Assembly: GCF_018977255.1 (NCBI RefSeq)
Contig: NW_024704743.1
Location: forward strand, 39,744,001 to 39,808,000
Reading direction: 5' to 3'
DNA length: 64,000 nucleotides
Origin: Callorhinchus milii
Lineage: Eukaryota
In this document: piece by piece, positions 1-13,733 of the stretch
How the letters are laid out: the number at the start of each line of letters is the position of its first letter
Position numbering within the stretch: the first letter of the stretch is position 1
Notes under the pieces: model-generated
Seen by the model: only the letters and a program-made list of their open reading frames with translations
What the model was told of the DNA's origin: nothing
Database searches by the model: none
Made by a program: the position numbers and the translations under genes

Positions 1-219
1 TCCTATGCAAATACAATAATACATTCAGAGAAAAGGTAAGTTGGAAGGTCATTTACTTTGAATTATAAGATAAAATTCAAGGTAAAATCATGAGATTAGT
101 TCAGATGACGAAGCCCTATAGTCCATTTTATCTATCTTGTTATCCTCTATCTTCTTGTTCTACTGTCTTGGTACATATGAAACTATTGTTCTGGGTTTGC
201 TGTATTAATCCCATTTCAA

Positions 220-1081
220 ATGTCATGTCCCTCTGCCTCTTCATCATCCTTGACCTCTCTGCTACCTTTGACAATGTCAATCACTCTAACCTCATCCACC
301 ACCTCTCCTCTCCCCTCAAACTTTATGGCTCTGTCCTTCACTGGTTCGGATCATACCTCTCACACTGCCTCCATTTCATCTCCACAAACAGTTTCTCCTC
401 TAACCCCCACACCATCTTGTGCTGTGTTCCTCCGGGCTCTGTCCTTGGTCCCCTTCTCTTCAATATCTATATGCTGCCTCTTGATGATATCATCCGCAGA
501 CATGGGGTCAACTTCCACATGTATGCAGATGACACCCAACTCTACCTCTCTGCCTCCACCCTTGACTCCAGGACCACTGCTGTCCTGACAGAATGTCTGT
601 CAGACATTAAGTCCTGGATGAGAGCTAACTTTCTTCAGTTGAATGTCAACAAGACCGAGGCTCTCCTGATTGGCTCCCATCAGCGCCTCTACACCTCAGG
701 CACTGCCAGCATCTTCATCCATGGTTGCACACTCCACCTTACTAAGCCAGTCCAGAAACTTGGCATCTTGTTTGACCCTCGACTAGCCTTTCTACCCCAC
801 ATATGCTCCCTGACCCGTCTTTTGCAACTCTGCCCATACCCTCTGGAACTCCAACCTGAGGTCCCTCCGCCTCACCCACTCCCTTGCCTCCTTCAAGACC
901 CATCTCAAGACCCTCCTCTTTGACCATGCTTTCAATCTCCCTGCTTCCTCCCCTTGCCCTCCATCCTGCCTGACCCCAACCCCCAGCTCAGGTCCGAAAC
1001 TCTGTCTGTCCAGCACCTTGGGACGTCTTCCGATGTGAAAGGCACTATACAAGTGTAATTTTGTTGTCGTCGTTGTTGTTG
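220..1081 (+). mobile_element. L2-clade LINE fragment: 5'-truncated RT region, internal deletion near 815-830, 3' tail
   Basis: ORF 90..923 contains LDLSATFD..H, VPPGSVLGPLLF, FHMYADDTQLY, LQLNVNKTE. Ends in the stem-loop tail (gcaccttgggacgtcttccgatgtgaaaggcactata) and (TTG)n. Confidence 0.92.
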
Positions 1082-1958
1082 TACCTGTATAACATAAATT
1101 CAATATGTACGTTTAGTATATGTTCATCTCTAAGATGTCCCTTTTCAAATTTGAAGAGCCCAGCTTATCTAATGGTGGCTCATACATTATTGCTCTAACA
1201 CAGGTTTGGGTATGACAAAACTATATAGATTGAGTATGACAGATTTGATGTGTCACATTGAATCTATTCTGAAACAATTCTTATAGCTGTGGAACTACAC
1301 TCCCATTGTCCCCTCACCCCAACTTTAGCACGTTGGGGCAATCTTATTCCAATTTTGAACAAAATCAACATCATTGTTTAAATTGGGAACCAAGTTTGAT
1401 TCATATTCTAGAGGCAGTGTTTGAGTCTTGCTTCACAGGATATCAACAGAATTAAATCAGTATCATGTTTTTAGCTTTGCCCCCAACAAATTTGAACAGC
1501 TTCATCTTATTTTTATATGATTGAACTTACAATGACAAGTTTACTGCATGTGGCCTGTGCTTCACAATGTCTAATATTTACAGACTCTTGCCATATTCCT
1601 ACATGTCATGAATGGTTTGTGCTCTGTTATGAACAGAGAATAGGATATACATTGAACAGTTCAGTAATTAATATTCCTTGCACTTTTCAAAATAATGAAT
1701 TCCCTGACAAAGTATCTGCATCTTCACTTTTAGGTTCTTTTAATTGTAAGTGTCTCATGGTGAAATTACAGAAAAAAATATAGGCCCCATACATTAAATT
1801 ATCATAGCAATTTCAAAACTACATTTATCTATAAATATATATATATCTATACATTTATAGATTTGGTGCAAAACTGGTTATTACAGTCCTCAAATAGTAA
1901 TGACTAATAATCTGGGAAACATACCAAACAAAGCATGTGATTTATTTCATAACCTTTT

Positions 1959-2272
1959 AGTCCTGTAGCTCAGTGGTTAGAGCCCTCGCTTTGCAAGTGA
2001 GAGACCCGAGTTCAATTCCAGGCCGGGCGAAACCTTGGGCAAGTTTCCTTACTCCACACGCCTAATAATAATCCCTCCAAAACCCAAAACAATAATAAAT
2101 TGGTCATTTTCAATCTACGACTGTTTGTGGGACATTGCTGTGCGCAATTGGCTGCCGCGTTCACCCACAAATATGCAGTCAATTCACTTTACAGTATATT
2201 CTGTGAAGCGCTTTGGGACGTCCTCCTGACGTGAAAAGCGCTATATCAAATGCAAGGATTATTATTATTATT
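1959..2272 (+). mobile_element. tRNA-derived SINE, short subfamily, near full length
   Basis: A-box-like tagctcagtgg, B-box-like gagttcaattcc, L2-like tail gcgctttgggacgtcctcctgacgtgaaaagcgctata, (ATT)n end. Many copies in the window. Confidence 0.92.
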
Positions 2273-3639
2273 TTACAGAATGCAGATTTTAGAAGGAAAC
2301 AATCCTTCTCTTCCCTACGTTGACATAACTTAGTCAATTTAACATTGAATTGAAGTGCAAATACCAAGAGCCAGATTCAGAAGTGTATCATGACCAATTT
2401 TTATTGTATTTACTCAATCCAGGCATCAACAAAGATCATCCCCTAACATTTTAGAGATGGTATGGTCATGAGGCTGCTAAATATTGCTGCACTGATCACT
2501 TTTAAAAAAGGTTTCTCTTCACTGTAGTTTTGTAAGATGCAAACAACTAAAACATATTAAATTGTTCAAACATCTGTGGACAACAAGTCAATTTTGGCAT
2601 ATTTGGGATTTCTGAGTTGCTTCCTTACAAGATTACAAGATTGGTTTGGATGAAGGCTCCTCGGCCCATTCAATTTCATCCCTCCAGAACACCATCCTAC
2701 CACCTCCCCCACAACATCTTAAAAAAATTTAAAAGCGCTGATCAGAATATCCTGTAAAATTAACTGACTGTATATTTTGTGGGCGAAAGTGAATCTTATG
2801 ATCTTGTGAAATGTGTCAGACCAACCTTGTTACTAGACTGGAGAAATATTTACAATACAAAACAATTTAAGATACAATTTACATTTAGAAAAAAATACCT
2901 TTCACATTGGGAGGATGTCTCTATGTACTTCACTGTGCTGGATGTGCACCCAAACTGGAGATGAGATTTTTCCTATCGCATCTATTACAGATCTGATGCC
3001 ATTACCCATCATATTTATCACCACTATATTTTGAAATGTTTGTATGCAAAGGGTCAGAGAGTTAGGTGCAGGTCATAAAAATAAGTATCAGCAGTATTTT
3101 TGTTTTACTTTTCATTTGTCTTGAAACATTTTCCACCATGAAGTATACAGGCTTATCAAAGTTTATCAAAGAGCACATGAATTTAGAATTTTACAAATGA
3201 TCTTGAAGCCTGTGCAAGCATAGGATTCTCCAGCTTAATGAAGTCTGACAGAGAATGGCTAAAAGATTACTAACCCTCTGGCACTTTCCCTTTCCACACC
3301 TCCTGCAATGTTACTAATTCTGGAAATTATCCCATGCACCAAATAACAAATAATCTTCCAGTCATAAATTAAATTCTCCAGCGCCACAAATAATGCTTCT
3401 CCCAATTGTGATAGACTTGTTCAGAGTCAAATTGCTCATTCAGTGACAGCAAGTGCAATATTGCTGCATGAGAACTAAATTAATCACATGCAAATTAATT
3501 TGTTTTATAAGGTGTAAAATTCCATCTTAATCTCCCAAAATGTTCCAATGACTGCAACGGGGGAGAAGATGGGAAAATCACCCACAATGTGATTCTGAAT
3601 TTCAAAGATTCCACTTTCCAAAAAAGATATGGGATTAGA

Positions 3640-4160
3640 GATGTGCAAAAATTCTTTGATTAATTTTGCTGGTCTCCCTAGCTCCATCATCCATAAATTG
3701 CAACTTATCCCAAACTATGTCACCCATATTTGTATTGGCACCAACTGTACATGTCCATCACATAATCCAGTCCTTACCAAGCTCCCGTGGCTCATAGACC
3801 CCAGCAGATCGATTTAAAGGTTCACTCTTTTACCTATAAATCCATTCAAACCTTAGCAATTCTCTATCACTGTGATCTCCTCCTCCTCTTGCCTGATCAA
3901 CCCTTGACTATATCAGGATTGTTGTCACCACCCACCCTTTATGATGGCTAAGCTTTCAGATTCTACGGCCCAAAACTCCCCTCCGCTGCTCCTCTATATT
4001 GTCCCTCTCTATCTGTCTTCAAGTCCTGCCTTAAGATTTGCCTATTCAATGGCAACTTTGGTCACCGCCCCTCTCTCCCATGGTCAATATCCAAGACAGT
4101 CAATGTAAAGTGTTCTGAGATATTATCCTACGCAAAGGGGGCTATGTAAATTGCTGTTGA
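3640..4160 (+). mobile_element. Old degenerate L2 3' fragment
   Basis: Translates to FAGLPSSIIHKLQLIPN...PVLTKLPWL, matching the L2 ORF2 C-terminus seen elsewhere in the window. Decayed tail. Confidence 0.75.
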
Positions 4161-4949
4161 AATAATCTATAAATAAATAAGATATTTTAGAATAAATATT
4201 TTTGAGATTTTGGTATCAAAAGATTTCTTAAAGGGTTAAATCCTTACAACCTGAACCATGTGATTGCAGTAGACTGATCGAGATTAATCCACTGTACTAC
4301 AGTTCTGGAAGTAACTCATTCAGAATGCAAAATACATTTTTCAATCTTTTATAATTTGAACATGAAAGTGGCCAGTATTGAAAGAGCAACGGCAATTTGT
4401 CTTATACAACAAGTTTCCTCCGATAAATTGAGTAAGTTGAATAAAAATGGAACAGCTTGTCTTGTTTGTGTATGCTAGTCTTCATTTACCAGTTCATTGG
4501 TAAGGCTGCATTGGTTTCATTTTTAGTGATTTCGTGTCATATTTTGGGACAGCGCTCTTTGGGTTTTGGTTGACTTCCTCAATGGACACTCAGACATTGT
4601 TCAGAATCCACTTCACAGTCAAATGGTACCTGATTAATGTTTTGGAGCTAATCCAATTTTAAACATGAATTCTGCTTCTTTCATTAGCTCCTTCCTCATT
4701 CGAAATTTCACATCCATTAGCACCATTATTTATTTATTCTAGAGCCAGAATGTGCGAAATAGAAATGTCAGTGTATTACATGGGAAGTGTTTTAAATTTA
4801 AAATGGATTCTCCCTTAAATCATCCACAGTCCTGGGTTTTAAACAGTGTTATGATTGATGACCCCCTCCATCATTCAGTACGTATAGCAGAGAGAATGAT
4901 ATCAGCATTCATTAGGACTGGCCCTATTGTGGATGTGAAAATAACGCAT

Positions 4950-5220
4950 ACAACAACAACAAGATTCCATTTATAGAGCGCCTTTCACGTCGGGAGGACG
5001 TCCCAAGGCACTGGACAGTTGGGTCAGGACCCGAGCAGGGGGGAAATGGTCAGGGTGAGGGGAGGGAAGGGAGGGAGCAAGGAGGGGGTAGAGAGTCGAG
5101 AGGGGAGCCAAAGGCTCGGTCAAAGAGAAAGGTCTTGAGACCGGCCTTGAAGGAGGAAAGGGAGGAAGCAAGGCGAAGGCACTGGGGGATGGAGTTCCAG
5201 AGCCTAGGGGCTGAGAGGCT
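4950..5220 (-). mobile_element. L2 3' end, young subfamily
   Basis: Reverse complement is nearly identical to 15150-15420. (CAA)n on the + strand. Confidence 0.92.
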
Positions 5221-5239
5221 CATAATCATACTTCAGGTC

Positions 5240-5890
5240 ATAATCATAATAATAATATAATAATCCTTGCATTTGATATAGCGCCTTGTCACATATTCGA
5301 GACATCTCAGAGCGCTTCACAGAATATACTGTAAAGTGAATTGACTTTATATTTTGTAGATGTAATACAGCAGCCAATTGTGCACAGCAGTGTCCTACAA
5401 ACATTCGTGGATTGAAATGACCAATTTATTATTATTATTTTTCTTGAAGGAATTATTACCCCTGGAAAAGCGATCGGCCAATTGACTAGCAATCAGTTTC
5501 CTACTTATTGCTAGGTAAACAGAGCCGTGTAGAGTAAGGAAACGTGCCCAACATTTTGCCCTGCTGGGAATTGAACCCAGGTCTCCCCAGCTCGCCCCAT
5601 TATTGGCAGGCGGGCCTTCTGGCACTCTGCACCCACCCTCTGGAACACATCCCGCAGTCCCTCCGTCTTGCCCCCTCCCTTGCCACCTTCAAGACCCACC
5701 TCAAGACCCTCCTCTTTGACCGTGTTTTCGATCTCCCTGCTTCCCCACCTGCTCTGCCCCCTCCCCATCCCATCCCTCAGCTCAGGTCTGTAACTCTGTC
5801 TGTCCAGCGCCTTAGGACATCCTCCCGATGTGAAAGGCGCTATTTTGTTGTTATTGTCTCTCGCTTGTAAGGTGAGTGCTCTAACCACAA
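5240..5890 (-). mobile_element. tRNA-derived SINE, long subfamily, interrupted in its head by an L2 fragment
   Basis: Body at 5240-5585. The head resumes at 5856-5890 (gtctctcgcttgtaaggtgagtgctctaaccac). Confidence 0.88.
5586..5855 (+). mobile_element. L2 3' fragment nested in a SINE, flanked by GTCTC repeats
   Basis: RLAPSLATFKTHLKTLLFD plus L2 tail. gtctc at 5581-5585 and 5856-5860. Confidence 0.88.
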
Positions 5891-7369
5891 AGTCATCAAA
5901 TAAAATGCAAAGTGCAAACACTATCCAAAACTTTCATCGATCAGGAAATAACACATAGTAACTCAAGTAATAAGCCCTGTTATTACCTGAGTCACTATGG
6001 TCTGAAATTGCTTATAGTTGCATTGTAGACCCTTATGTCTCCCATGTGTGCAGCCAGCCCTCTTACTTTTCATGTGCTTTTCATGCCAAAATGGCCAATT
6101 TCCAGGTCATTAGCAAGATATCTGTGTCATTTTCTTCTTCGCCATATGCATGCAAAGTAGGAAGTGACATCAGCAGCAACAAAATAGCTTACCACACTAA
6201 AACTACAGGGCTGATTTCTATGTCATGCGATCACCAGCAATGTCACTTCCTTCTTTGTGCACACATAGCCAACAGGAAATGCTAATGGTGATGACGCAAC
6301 TGAGCTATTTCTTATTTTACTGTGGCTTGTAGCAGGCATGTAGGAAGCGTGTTGGCCACCTGTGTGCATGCACAGCCAAATCCACTGTCCCACCTCATTA
6401 TAATGCACATTTGTTATCTATGGATTCACTGTATATCTTTAGAACTATACGCTCAAAATGAACTTCTTTGACTGGGCTTTTGGTCATCTTTGGTCCTCTC
6501 CCCACTCCGCTCAGCTCCCACCACCAATTCAGATGGACCTCCCTGAGCCAGGACTGTCAAGAGCTATGTAATGTCCTCCTGATGTGAAAGGCACAATATA
6601 CATGTAAAATATATTATATTGTATAATCATCTTGAAAAATGTTTCTCTAAGTCATTGAGTGGCTTGTGATTCTATGAACCTTCTGCAATATGTTTGTTGG
6701 CAAATATTACTTTGCTTGAGCTGGTATATTTACAACAAAGTGAGAGGTTTCTTTTCATTAACCAGTCCTCACTGAATTAAGCTGGAAGGACAGAGCCAAC
6801 AGGCATTCAAAAGCACTGTCTACGACACTAAATGTACCATCAATGCAAACAGTCAGTGGTGCCTTGGGGATGTGCTCTGTCAGGATTCTCTAATCTGATG
6901 TTTCAGTGTGTAGCTTCCTTGAAATGTCCATCTGCAACATTGAATGCAGGAGTCTTTCAGATGCTAACTATTGACTCCAGGTATAATGATTGAAAACAAA
7001 CTGGAGGGTTTCTGGAGGTTACATCATGCTGTGGGAAACTCGTAACTTTTCCACTGAAATTATGGGGTGAAATATGTGATGATTTGTAACAGATCCAATA
7101 TAAAACGATCACAACAAATTTCACATTTTTACTGAAATCACAATTTCATTATGTTGCTCAATTCTCTGTAATTTACTGATAGCAAACTTGTGCGCATCCA
7201 CTTCAAAACTGTATGAGAAAAAAAGAGAAAGATGTTTTTCTCCTTGTAATTTTCTCCTTTCTTCTCCTGAAGGGCCACTTGCTCTTTGGTTCTGCCGTGG
7301 TATCGTTCCATGATCTCTTGTATCTCACTCAAGTGGTCAATATTCACATTGAAAACGAACGTTAACAAC

Positions 7370-8250
7370 CTACCTGTCATCCGCAGATTTGAGGTTAACT
7401 TGCACATACATGTATGTGGATGTCACCAAACTCTATCTCTCTGCCTTCCCCTTGATTTCAAGAGCACTGCTGTCCTGACCACTTGCCTGTCAGATGTTCT
7501 GGATGTCGTGGATGAGAGCTGGCCTTATCCATTTGAATGCTGACAACACTGCTTGGCTCCCGTCAGCACTTTCTCACCTCAGTCATTGACAGTGTCAATC
7601 TATATGGATGTACACTTCACCTCATTGAGCCAGTGCGGAGCCTCGGTATCTTGTTCGCCTCTCAACTGTCCTTAAATCGTGCTTTGACTTGTTCAGCTTT
7701 CCCCCACCTCCACAACATTGCCCGCCTCTGCCACCATGCTTTTATCATATTCAGGCTTGACTCCACCAACTCTCTCCTTGGTCCACTTGCCAACTCTTCC
7801 CTCAAGAAGCTGCAGAGTGCTGCAGCTTGTGTCCTCTCCCTTACAACTCCCATTCTTGCCTGACTTTACTGGCTCCCCAAGCCCCAAAGGATTGTGTTCA
7901 AGAACCTCGTCTTCACTTTTAAATCCCTCAATGGTGCTGCACCACCCTAACTCTTTAGCTTTCTAAAACCCTATCAAACTGCCTGTTCCCTCTGCTCAGC
8001 AGGATTCTCCTGCTTCTCATCCCCCACCTCACCATCGAGTGATTGGGCCTTCAGCCTTTCTGCCTCCACTCTCTTGAAGCTCTATCCTGGAGTTGCTGTG
8101 CCTTGTCTTTCGCTCACTTTCTGCAAGATGCATCTCAAGACATTCCTCTTTGACCACGCCTTCGATCAACTTCCTAACCCCCACTCCCCCGGTCTCCACC
8201 CTCCCAAATCCAATCCCCAGATGCAAACCCCTTGATTGTCAGTGCCATAG
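7370..8250 (+). mobile_element. Degenerate L2 RT/3' fragment
   Basis: Decayed YADD region (tgtatgtggatgtcacc), plus PVRSLGILF and HAFIIFRLD motifs. Confidence 0.8.
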
Positions 8251-9299
8251 GATAAGTCATTTATAATGACATGATAATGATTTAAATAATAAGAGTCTCT
8301 TTTGGATCCTCTGTGTCCCCAAACAAACATTTTTAAAAATCAAATTGCTACACATTGGTATTCATTAATCGTTATTTAACACACAAAACCTTGCTGATGC
8401 TGCTTTCAGAAATCACATTAAAGAATACATTATAATGCAGAACATGTTCTGCTGTGTTGGTACTGCTATTTGTTTCTTATTGAGAAAGCGATGAACAATG
8501 ACCGCTGTTCTAGAGGTCATGGACCATGCAATATGTCAGAACGACTTGTGCTGGACTGCAGCATTTATTTTAAGTAGCCTTTACAATTTCAAAAGATCAT
8601 TCTGTTAACATTAACGGTGTGACACATGCAACAACAAGACATTTAGGTATAATTGTCTTTGTGTAGTTGAGATTGCATTTTCCACTCTGTTAGCAGAGGA
8701 AAGAAATCAATTAAATAAACTTTTGGTGACTGTGGTTACCTGTGTGCAGAGTCTACTTGTTATGCTTAGAGATGATACATGTCACAAGACAACCTCTGTA
8801 ATAACGCTTAAATCTCTCAGATCTAAAAGATGATTAAGGATGGATAGGCCACATAAATGACTTCTAACTATAATAGCTCAGACCAGGAGACAGCATATAA
8901 TGTACAGATTAGTAGCTCATCCATTTTGCAGACACATGAAAGTTATTTAAACATAAAGGGTTTGTTCTCCCCATGAATAAATCTATGCGATGAAGAAGCA
9001 TGAATCCTCTAATTGAAATGATTCCATTCAAAATGATTTCTGGCAAAATTCGACCATTGAGGTGTAATATCTGGTGAATTTCACATTTTGGTTGACTTGT
9101 ATTGTGTAGTCCACTCGAGTTATCAGTTTGTCTCTTCCGCTCACCTTCAATTTACTTGGCACAATCTTCTCTCTGCGGGTAGGGATTCTTTCCACTCAGC
9201 TCCTGTTAACCCTGCAAGACAAATCCCCAATAGGTGGCATCAATGGCAAGCTAAGTGAATTAGCCAGTTAATACCAGCAGTACCGAAATGCACACTCTG

Positions 9300-9830
9300 T
9301 AGTTCCCAAGCCTTGTCTCTTAGAGGGGATGCAACATAGGCTAACTAATTGGTTCCTGGGGTGAGGGGGTTGACCTACAAGGAGAGATTGAGTAGACTAT
9401 GCCTATATTCTCTAGAATGTAGAAGAATTAGAAATTATCTTATAGAAACCTATAAGAATCTTAAGGGTCCTGACAGGGTAGATAGTGTGAGACTGTTTCC
9501 TCTGGTTGGAGAATCTAAAACTAGAGGTCATAGTCTCGGGATTAAAGGTCAGCCCTTTAGAACTGAGTTGAGAAAACATTTCTTTGCTCAGAGGGTAATG
9601 AATTTATGAAATTCTCTATCCCAGAAGGCTGTGAATGCTCAGTCATTGAACATATTCAAGACTGAGATCGATAGATTTTTAAAAACTAAAGGGATTAAGG
9701 GATGTGGGGATAGGGCAGGTAAATGGAAAATGGAATTAGGTTAGAAGATCAGCCATGATCTTAGTAAATGGCGGGGCAGGCTCGAGGGGCCGAATGGCCT
9801 ACTCCTGCTCCTATTTCTTATATTCTAACC
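9300..9830 (+). mobile_element. CR1-clade LINE 3' fragment
   Basis: VPGVRGLTYKERLSRLCLYSLECRR...KTRGHSL...FFAQRV. CR1 3' UTR ggctcgaggggccgaatggcctactcctgctcct. Confidence 0.92.
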
Positions 9831-10314
9831 TGTGCCTCATACTCTCCGGAATTAGGATGAGTCTTTTCTGGGAGAAAGTAAGCAGTCCATTCAGAAACAG
9901 GAAAATTCCCATGTGTAGGTTATGTACATACTTGGAACTGTCAGTCTAGGCAGTTACGATACTCCTAAATATTGTGATGGGTTTCCACGTGTATCTGACA
10001 TCCAGCTGACTGAAAAATGGAAGAAGTCAAAATGTTTGTCTTTTTTATTGATTTTTGGAATTCTTGCTGATCCATAGTCTGTGTATATCTCTGGTCTGTT
10101 CTAGTTTTTAGATGGATGGCAAAGATATCCATGAAGATTCTACAAAGGTTTAGTGGTTTATTGGAAAGAACTTAGAAGAACAGTGCAATTTCATGGCACC
10201 TTATACGTAAATAATAATTTACAGTAATTATCAAGTACTGTAGTTGTTTTGTAGTTAAATAAAGCACAGCAATGTCCCACAAACAGCATTGAATCATTAT
10301 TGATCAGATGGGTA

Positions 10315-10450
10315 ATTTGAAAATGAAACAAATTATAGGGCTATAGGGAAGAGCAGGGGATTGGGAACAGTTGGATAGGCCTTTCAAAAAGCCAGTGGCG
10401 GCATGATGGGTCAAATGGCCTCCTTCTGTGTTACAAGATTCTATGATTAT
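10315..10450 (+). mobile_element. CR1 3' tail fragment
   Basis: gatgggtcaaatggcctccttctgtgttacaagattctatgatt, a CR1-type terminal stem with gattctat repeat. Confidence 0.7.
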
Positions 10451-12414
10451 ATTAATTTGGTATAGTGCCTTTCACGTCAGGAGTTCATCTTAAAATTCTT
10501 CATATGGTATGCCTCAAAATGTAGTTACTGTGTATTTGTAAACAAATTTGGCAGCATATTTGGGCTACAGTGCTACATTGAAAGCAATTGCTCCCTGATG
10601 GAACATGCACGTCTGGGTTTGTGGTGGTATTGATATATAACTGATATTTGTAGTGCTGTAATAATACCATGATTCATGGTGTTGTCACAACCATCGTTGT
10701 GCCAAACAGCTAGTTAGACAAATAAGCCATTCTCAGATGAATGGCTAATGGTGACTGAGCCATGTGGTGATCCTGGATATTTTCCAGCCACTTGGAAAAG
10801 CGTTCTCATACTGATCACTTGCATATTGAGCGATTTGGAGTCTTTGAAGGCGACATATGCCATCAGATTGACTGATGAAGATTTTAGCACTTTGTGGCTT
10901 CAGTGAATCACAGCAGCCAGTGCTTTGGGAACAGCTGCAATGGCATAAAAGCTTCCCTGTGTGGCCAACTGTTACTTTCGCTCTCAGAAAAAAAGAATGA
11001 ACGAACCTGTCAGCTGTCCAGAATAGTGCATTCTTCATCTGCTGAATAAAGATGGACATGATGCCTTGTGGAATACCACTGTGGTGTCCACTAAGCAAAT
11101 TTAAGAAACTTGTAGCGTAACAATTGAATGACTTTTACAGATCTAAGCCGGACAACAGGAGTCTCTAAATTCTTCAATACGGAGTCAGCATGTACCACAT
11201 CTATGTTACTACATCCCTGGTTATCTGAAACTTCCTTACATATTTGTCTTTGTTATAGATGGCAGTTGAAATTATTCTTTCGGGGTGCTGAGTAAACCTG
11301 AGTTAAAGGTTTGGTTCCCTTTAAGACAGGTGAGCTGTTAACTTGAGGTGAAATGGGGCTGCTTGGAGGACTGGCTGTGATCCTTCTAGGAGTTCCCCCT
11401 CCCTGCTGCCCTTAAAAAGGTGAACTGTAGATAGATTTTGGGGAGTGGGGGCTGAGCCCCCTCTAGCCCTAGCTACCCACTGCATGTATTCTTATAATTC
11501 TAGTTAATTTATCTGTGTGCGTAGAGTTTATGCCTGCATATACGGCCAATGCTAAATAACTTTTGTCTGTGTGATCATATTTTTCCATTAATTTCTCTTC
11601 AAACAAAATAATGGTTCCTGCTGCAGTAATGAAATTCTTGGTGCAAGGAACTGGAATCGTTGGCTCAAATTATCCGTGTAGTTGTAAATAAAAATTGGAA
11701 TTAAACTCCTAACGTGGGCGGAGGTAATGAAACTTAGAATTGGAGTTATAGCCTTGGTGGAGAAATGAGTGTCAAAGTATCCAGTGAGAGGATTAACAGA
11801 TTCTGAGCTCATCCAGAAATTTTATGCTGCACATGTTATATTATCTGAAGAAAACTGCAGGTCCACTTTCTTTTTCATGAACATCCTGCACAAAACATGA
11901 GGATAAGCCTTGGATAGCATTAGAAAGAGTCATTTAAAGTACAGTCCATTTTATGTATAATCCCGGAATGAGAGTGATGTGCCTGTGTATACTCATGTGA
12001 CTCTGGGCAAAAGTATCTTGAACAGGCTACTTTATATGATCCTTTTAAAATGAAAACAGTTTATCCTGGAAGCTTGTGAAAGATGCTGATTAAGAAGAAA
12101 GTGGACCAGTACTTTATTCCGGAGAGCTTGACAATTTCATATTTTGAAAGCTGCTAAAGCAATTCAGCAACAAATGCCCCTCAATGTCACGTAATCAGTG
12201 CATAGTAGCTGTTAAGCAGAACACATTTCAAAAAAACTAATAGTGGAAAACATATCTTTCTATATTTCACATTTGGATAGTGTCAAATAAAAATATCCTG
12301 TTGAGTAAGATGGAAACTCTGCACATCAGAATAAAACATAACTGGATGCACACTGCATTTCAGCTAAGTTGAGGTCACAAGGATATGCTTAACCATATCA
12401 TAAGGAGGAACCTT

Positions 12415-13006
12415 TTAACAACAACTTTCACTTATGTAGCACCCTCCACGCAGGGTAGAGTCTCAGAGTGCTTAACAGTGGTGTAGCCTGACTCCGAGCC
12501 GAGGGGGCCAGGTGGCCTAAGTCCAGTCGAAGGGGAATGTTTTCAGGCGGGAAAAAGGGAGAGAGGGAACAAGGCAGAGGGATTGAGGGAGAGTGTTCCA
12601 GAGTTTCGAGGAGCAGTGGCTGAAAGCGCGGCCTCGGATGGCAACAACAGCAACAACAAGAAGATTTCATTTATAGAGCGCCTTTCACGTTGGGAGGACG
12701 TCCCAAGGTGCTGGACAATTGGGTCGGGACCTGAGCAGGGGGGAAATGGTCAGGGTGAGGGGAGGGAAGGGACGGAGTGAGGAGGGGTTAGAGAGTTGAG
12801 AAGGTAGGGTGGAGGGTGTGAGGGACAAGCAGGAGGCCGGTGCCAGTCGAGTGGAGGCGTTGGGTGGTGGATTGGGGAGTGAGGAGTGAGGAGGTCGGAG
12901 AGGTAGGGAGGTGCCAGGGAGCGAATGCGTTTGAACACGAGTGTGAGGATCTTGAAGTCGATCCGTTCGGTGATGGGGAGCCAGTGGAGCCTGACCAGAA
13001 CTGGTG
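12415..13006 (-). mobile_element. Two adjacent L2 3' fragments (older 12415-12640, younger 12641-13006)
   Basis: Antisense L2 tails (aacaacaactttcacttatg; caacaacaagaagatttcatttatagagcgcc). LHWLP/IDFKIL-like coding remnants on the minus strand. Confidence 0.85.
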
Positions 13007-13183
13007 ATATTTGAATACAGATTTTGGTCCAGGTAAATATGCGGGACAGCAGAATTCTGAAAACCTACATGATGCACTTTGAACAGAACACAAAATACTG
13101 CAGATGCTGGAAATCTGAAATCAAAAACAGATGCCCTGGGGACACTCAGCAAGTCAGGCAGCATTTATGGAGAAAGGATAGTG

Positions 13184-13220
13184 AGTCAATGTTTCAGGTC
13201 CACGACCCTTCGTCAGAACT
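13184..13220 (-). ncRNA. Minimal type I hammerhead-ribozyme motif in the inverted PLE repeat (degenerate)
   Basis: Minus strand reads AGUU-CUGACGA-A-GGGUC(GUG)GACCU-GAAAC-AUU-GACU. Confidence 0.6.
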
Positions 13221-13696
13221 GGACCATGTTGGGAGGGAGAGGCTTTTAAGGGCTAACAGAGAGGGGGGAGGCAGGACAAGGAAGACAAAGGAGAAAATGG
13301 GGTAGCGGACAGGGGATGATGGGTTAAAGCGGTGTGAATGATGCAGAACAAAGGGGGAGATTGCACCGAAGCAGGGGAATAGAGGTGTTAATACTGCTGA
13401 ACAAAAGGGGTGCAACAAAACAGGCAGATCAGGGGGAGGGGTTAGGTGAGCTATTATGGTCTGAAATGTTTGAAATCAACCCTGAGCTTCTGGTTTCTTG
13501 CCATTTCAACTCTCCCTCTCACTCGCACTCTGACATCTCCAACCATTGTTTCCTACGCTGTTCCAATGAGCCACAGTGCAAGCTCAACAGCACCACATTT
13601 ATCTGCTAGGGATCTTACAACCCTCTGGCCTCAATATTGATTTCAACAATATTGTTGTTGTTAGCCCTTAAAAGCCTGCCCCGCCCAACATGCCCT

Positions 13697-13733
13697 AGTT
13701 CTGACGAAGGGTCGTGGACCCGAAAAGTTGTCT
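13697..13733 (+). ncRNA. Minimal type I hammerhead-ribozyme motif in the PLE repeat (degenerate)
   Basis: AGUU-CUGACGA-A-GGGUC(GUG)GACCC-GAAA-AGUU-GUCU. Core boxes and stem II are intact; stem III is mutated. Confidence 0.6.

Noticed and set aside
1959..2030. tRNA-Ala/Val genes (also at ~21418, 44099, 49515, 59621)
   Set aside because: Each runs straight into a SINE body and tail, has no proper acceptor stem, and the anticodons vary. They are SINE heads.
7138..7407. Charged ORF segment and a minus-strand splice acceptor near 7210
   Set aside because: No recognisable protein and no clear donor. The ORF start overlaps an L2 relic.
10745..11098. 117-aa minus-strand ORF
   Set aside because: No recognisable domain, no ATG at its start, and no convincing exon boundaries.
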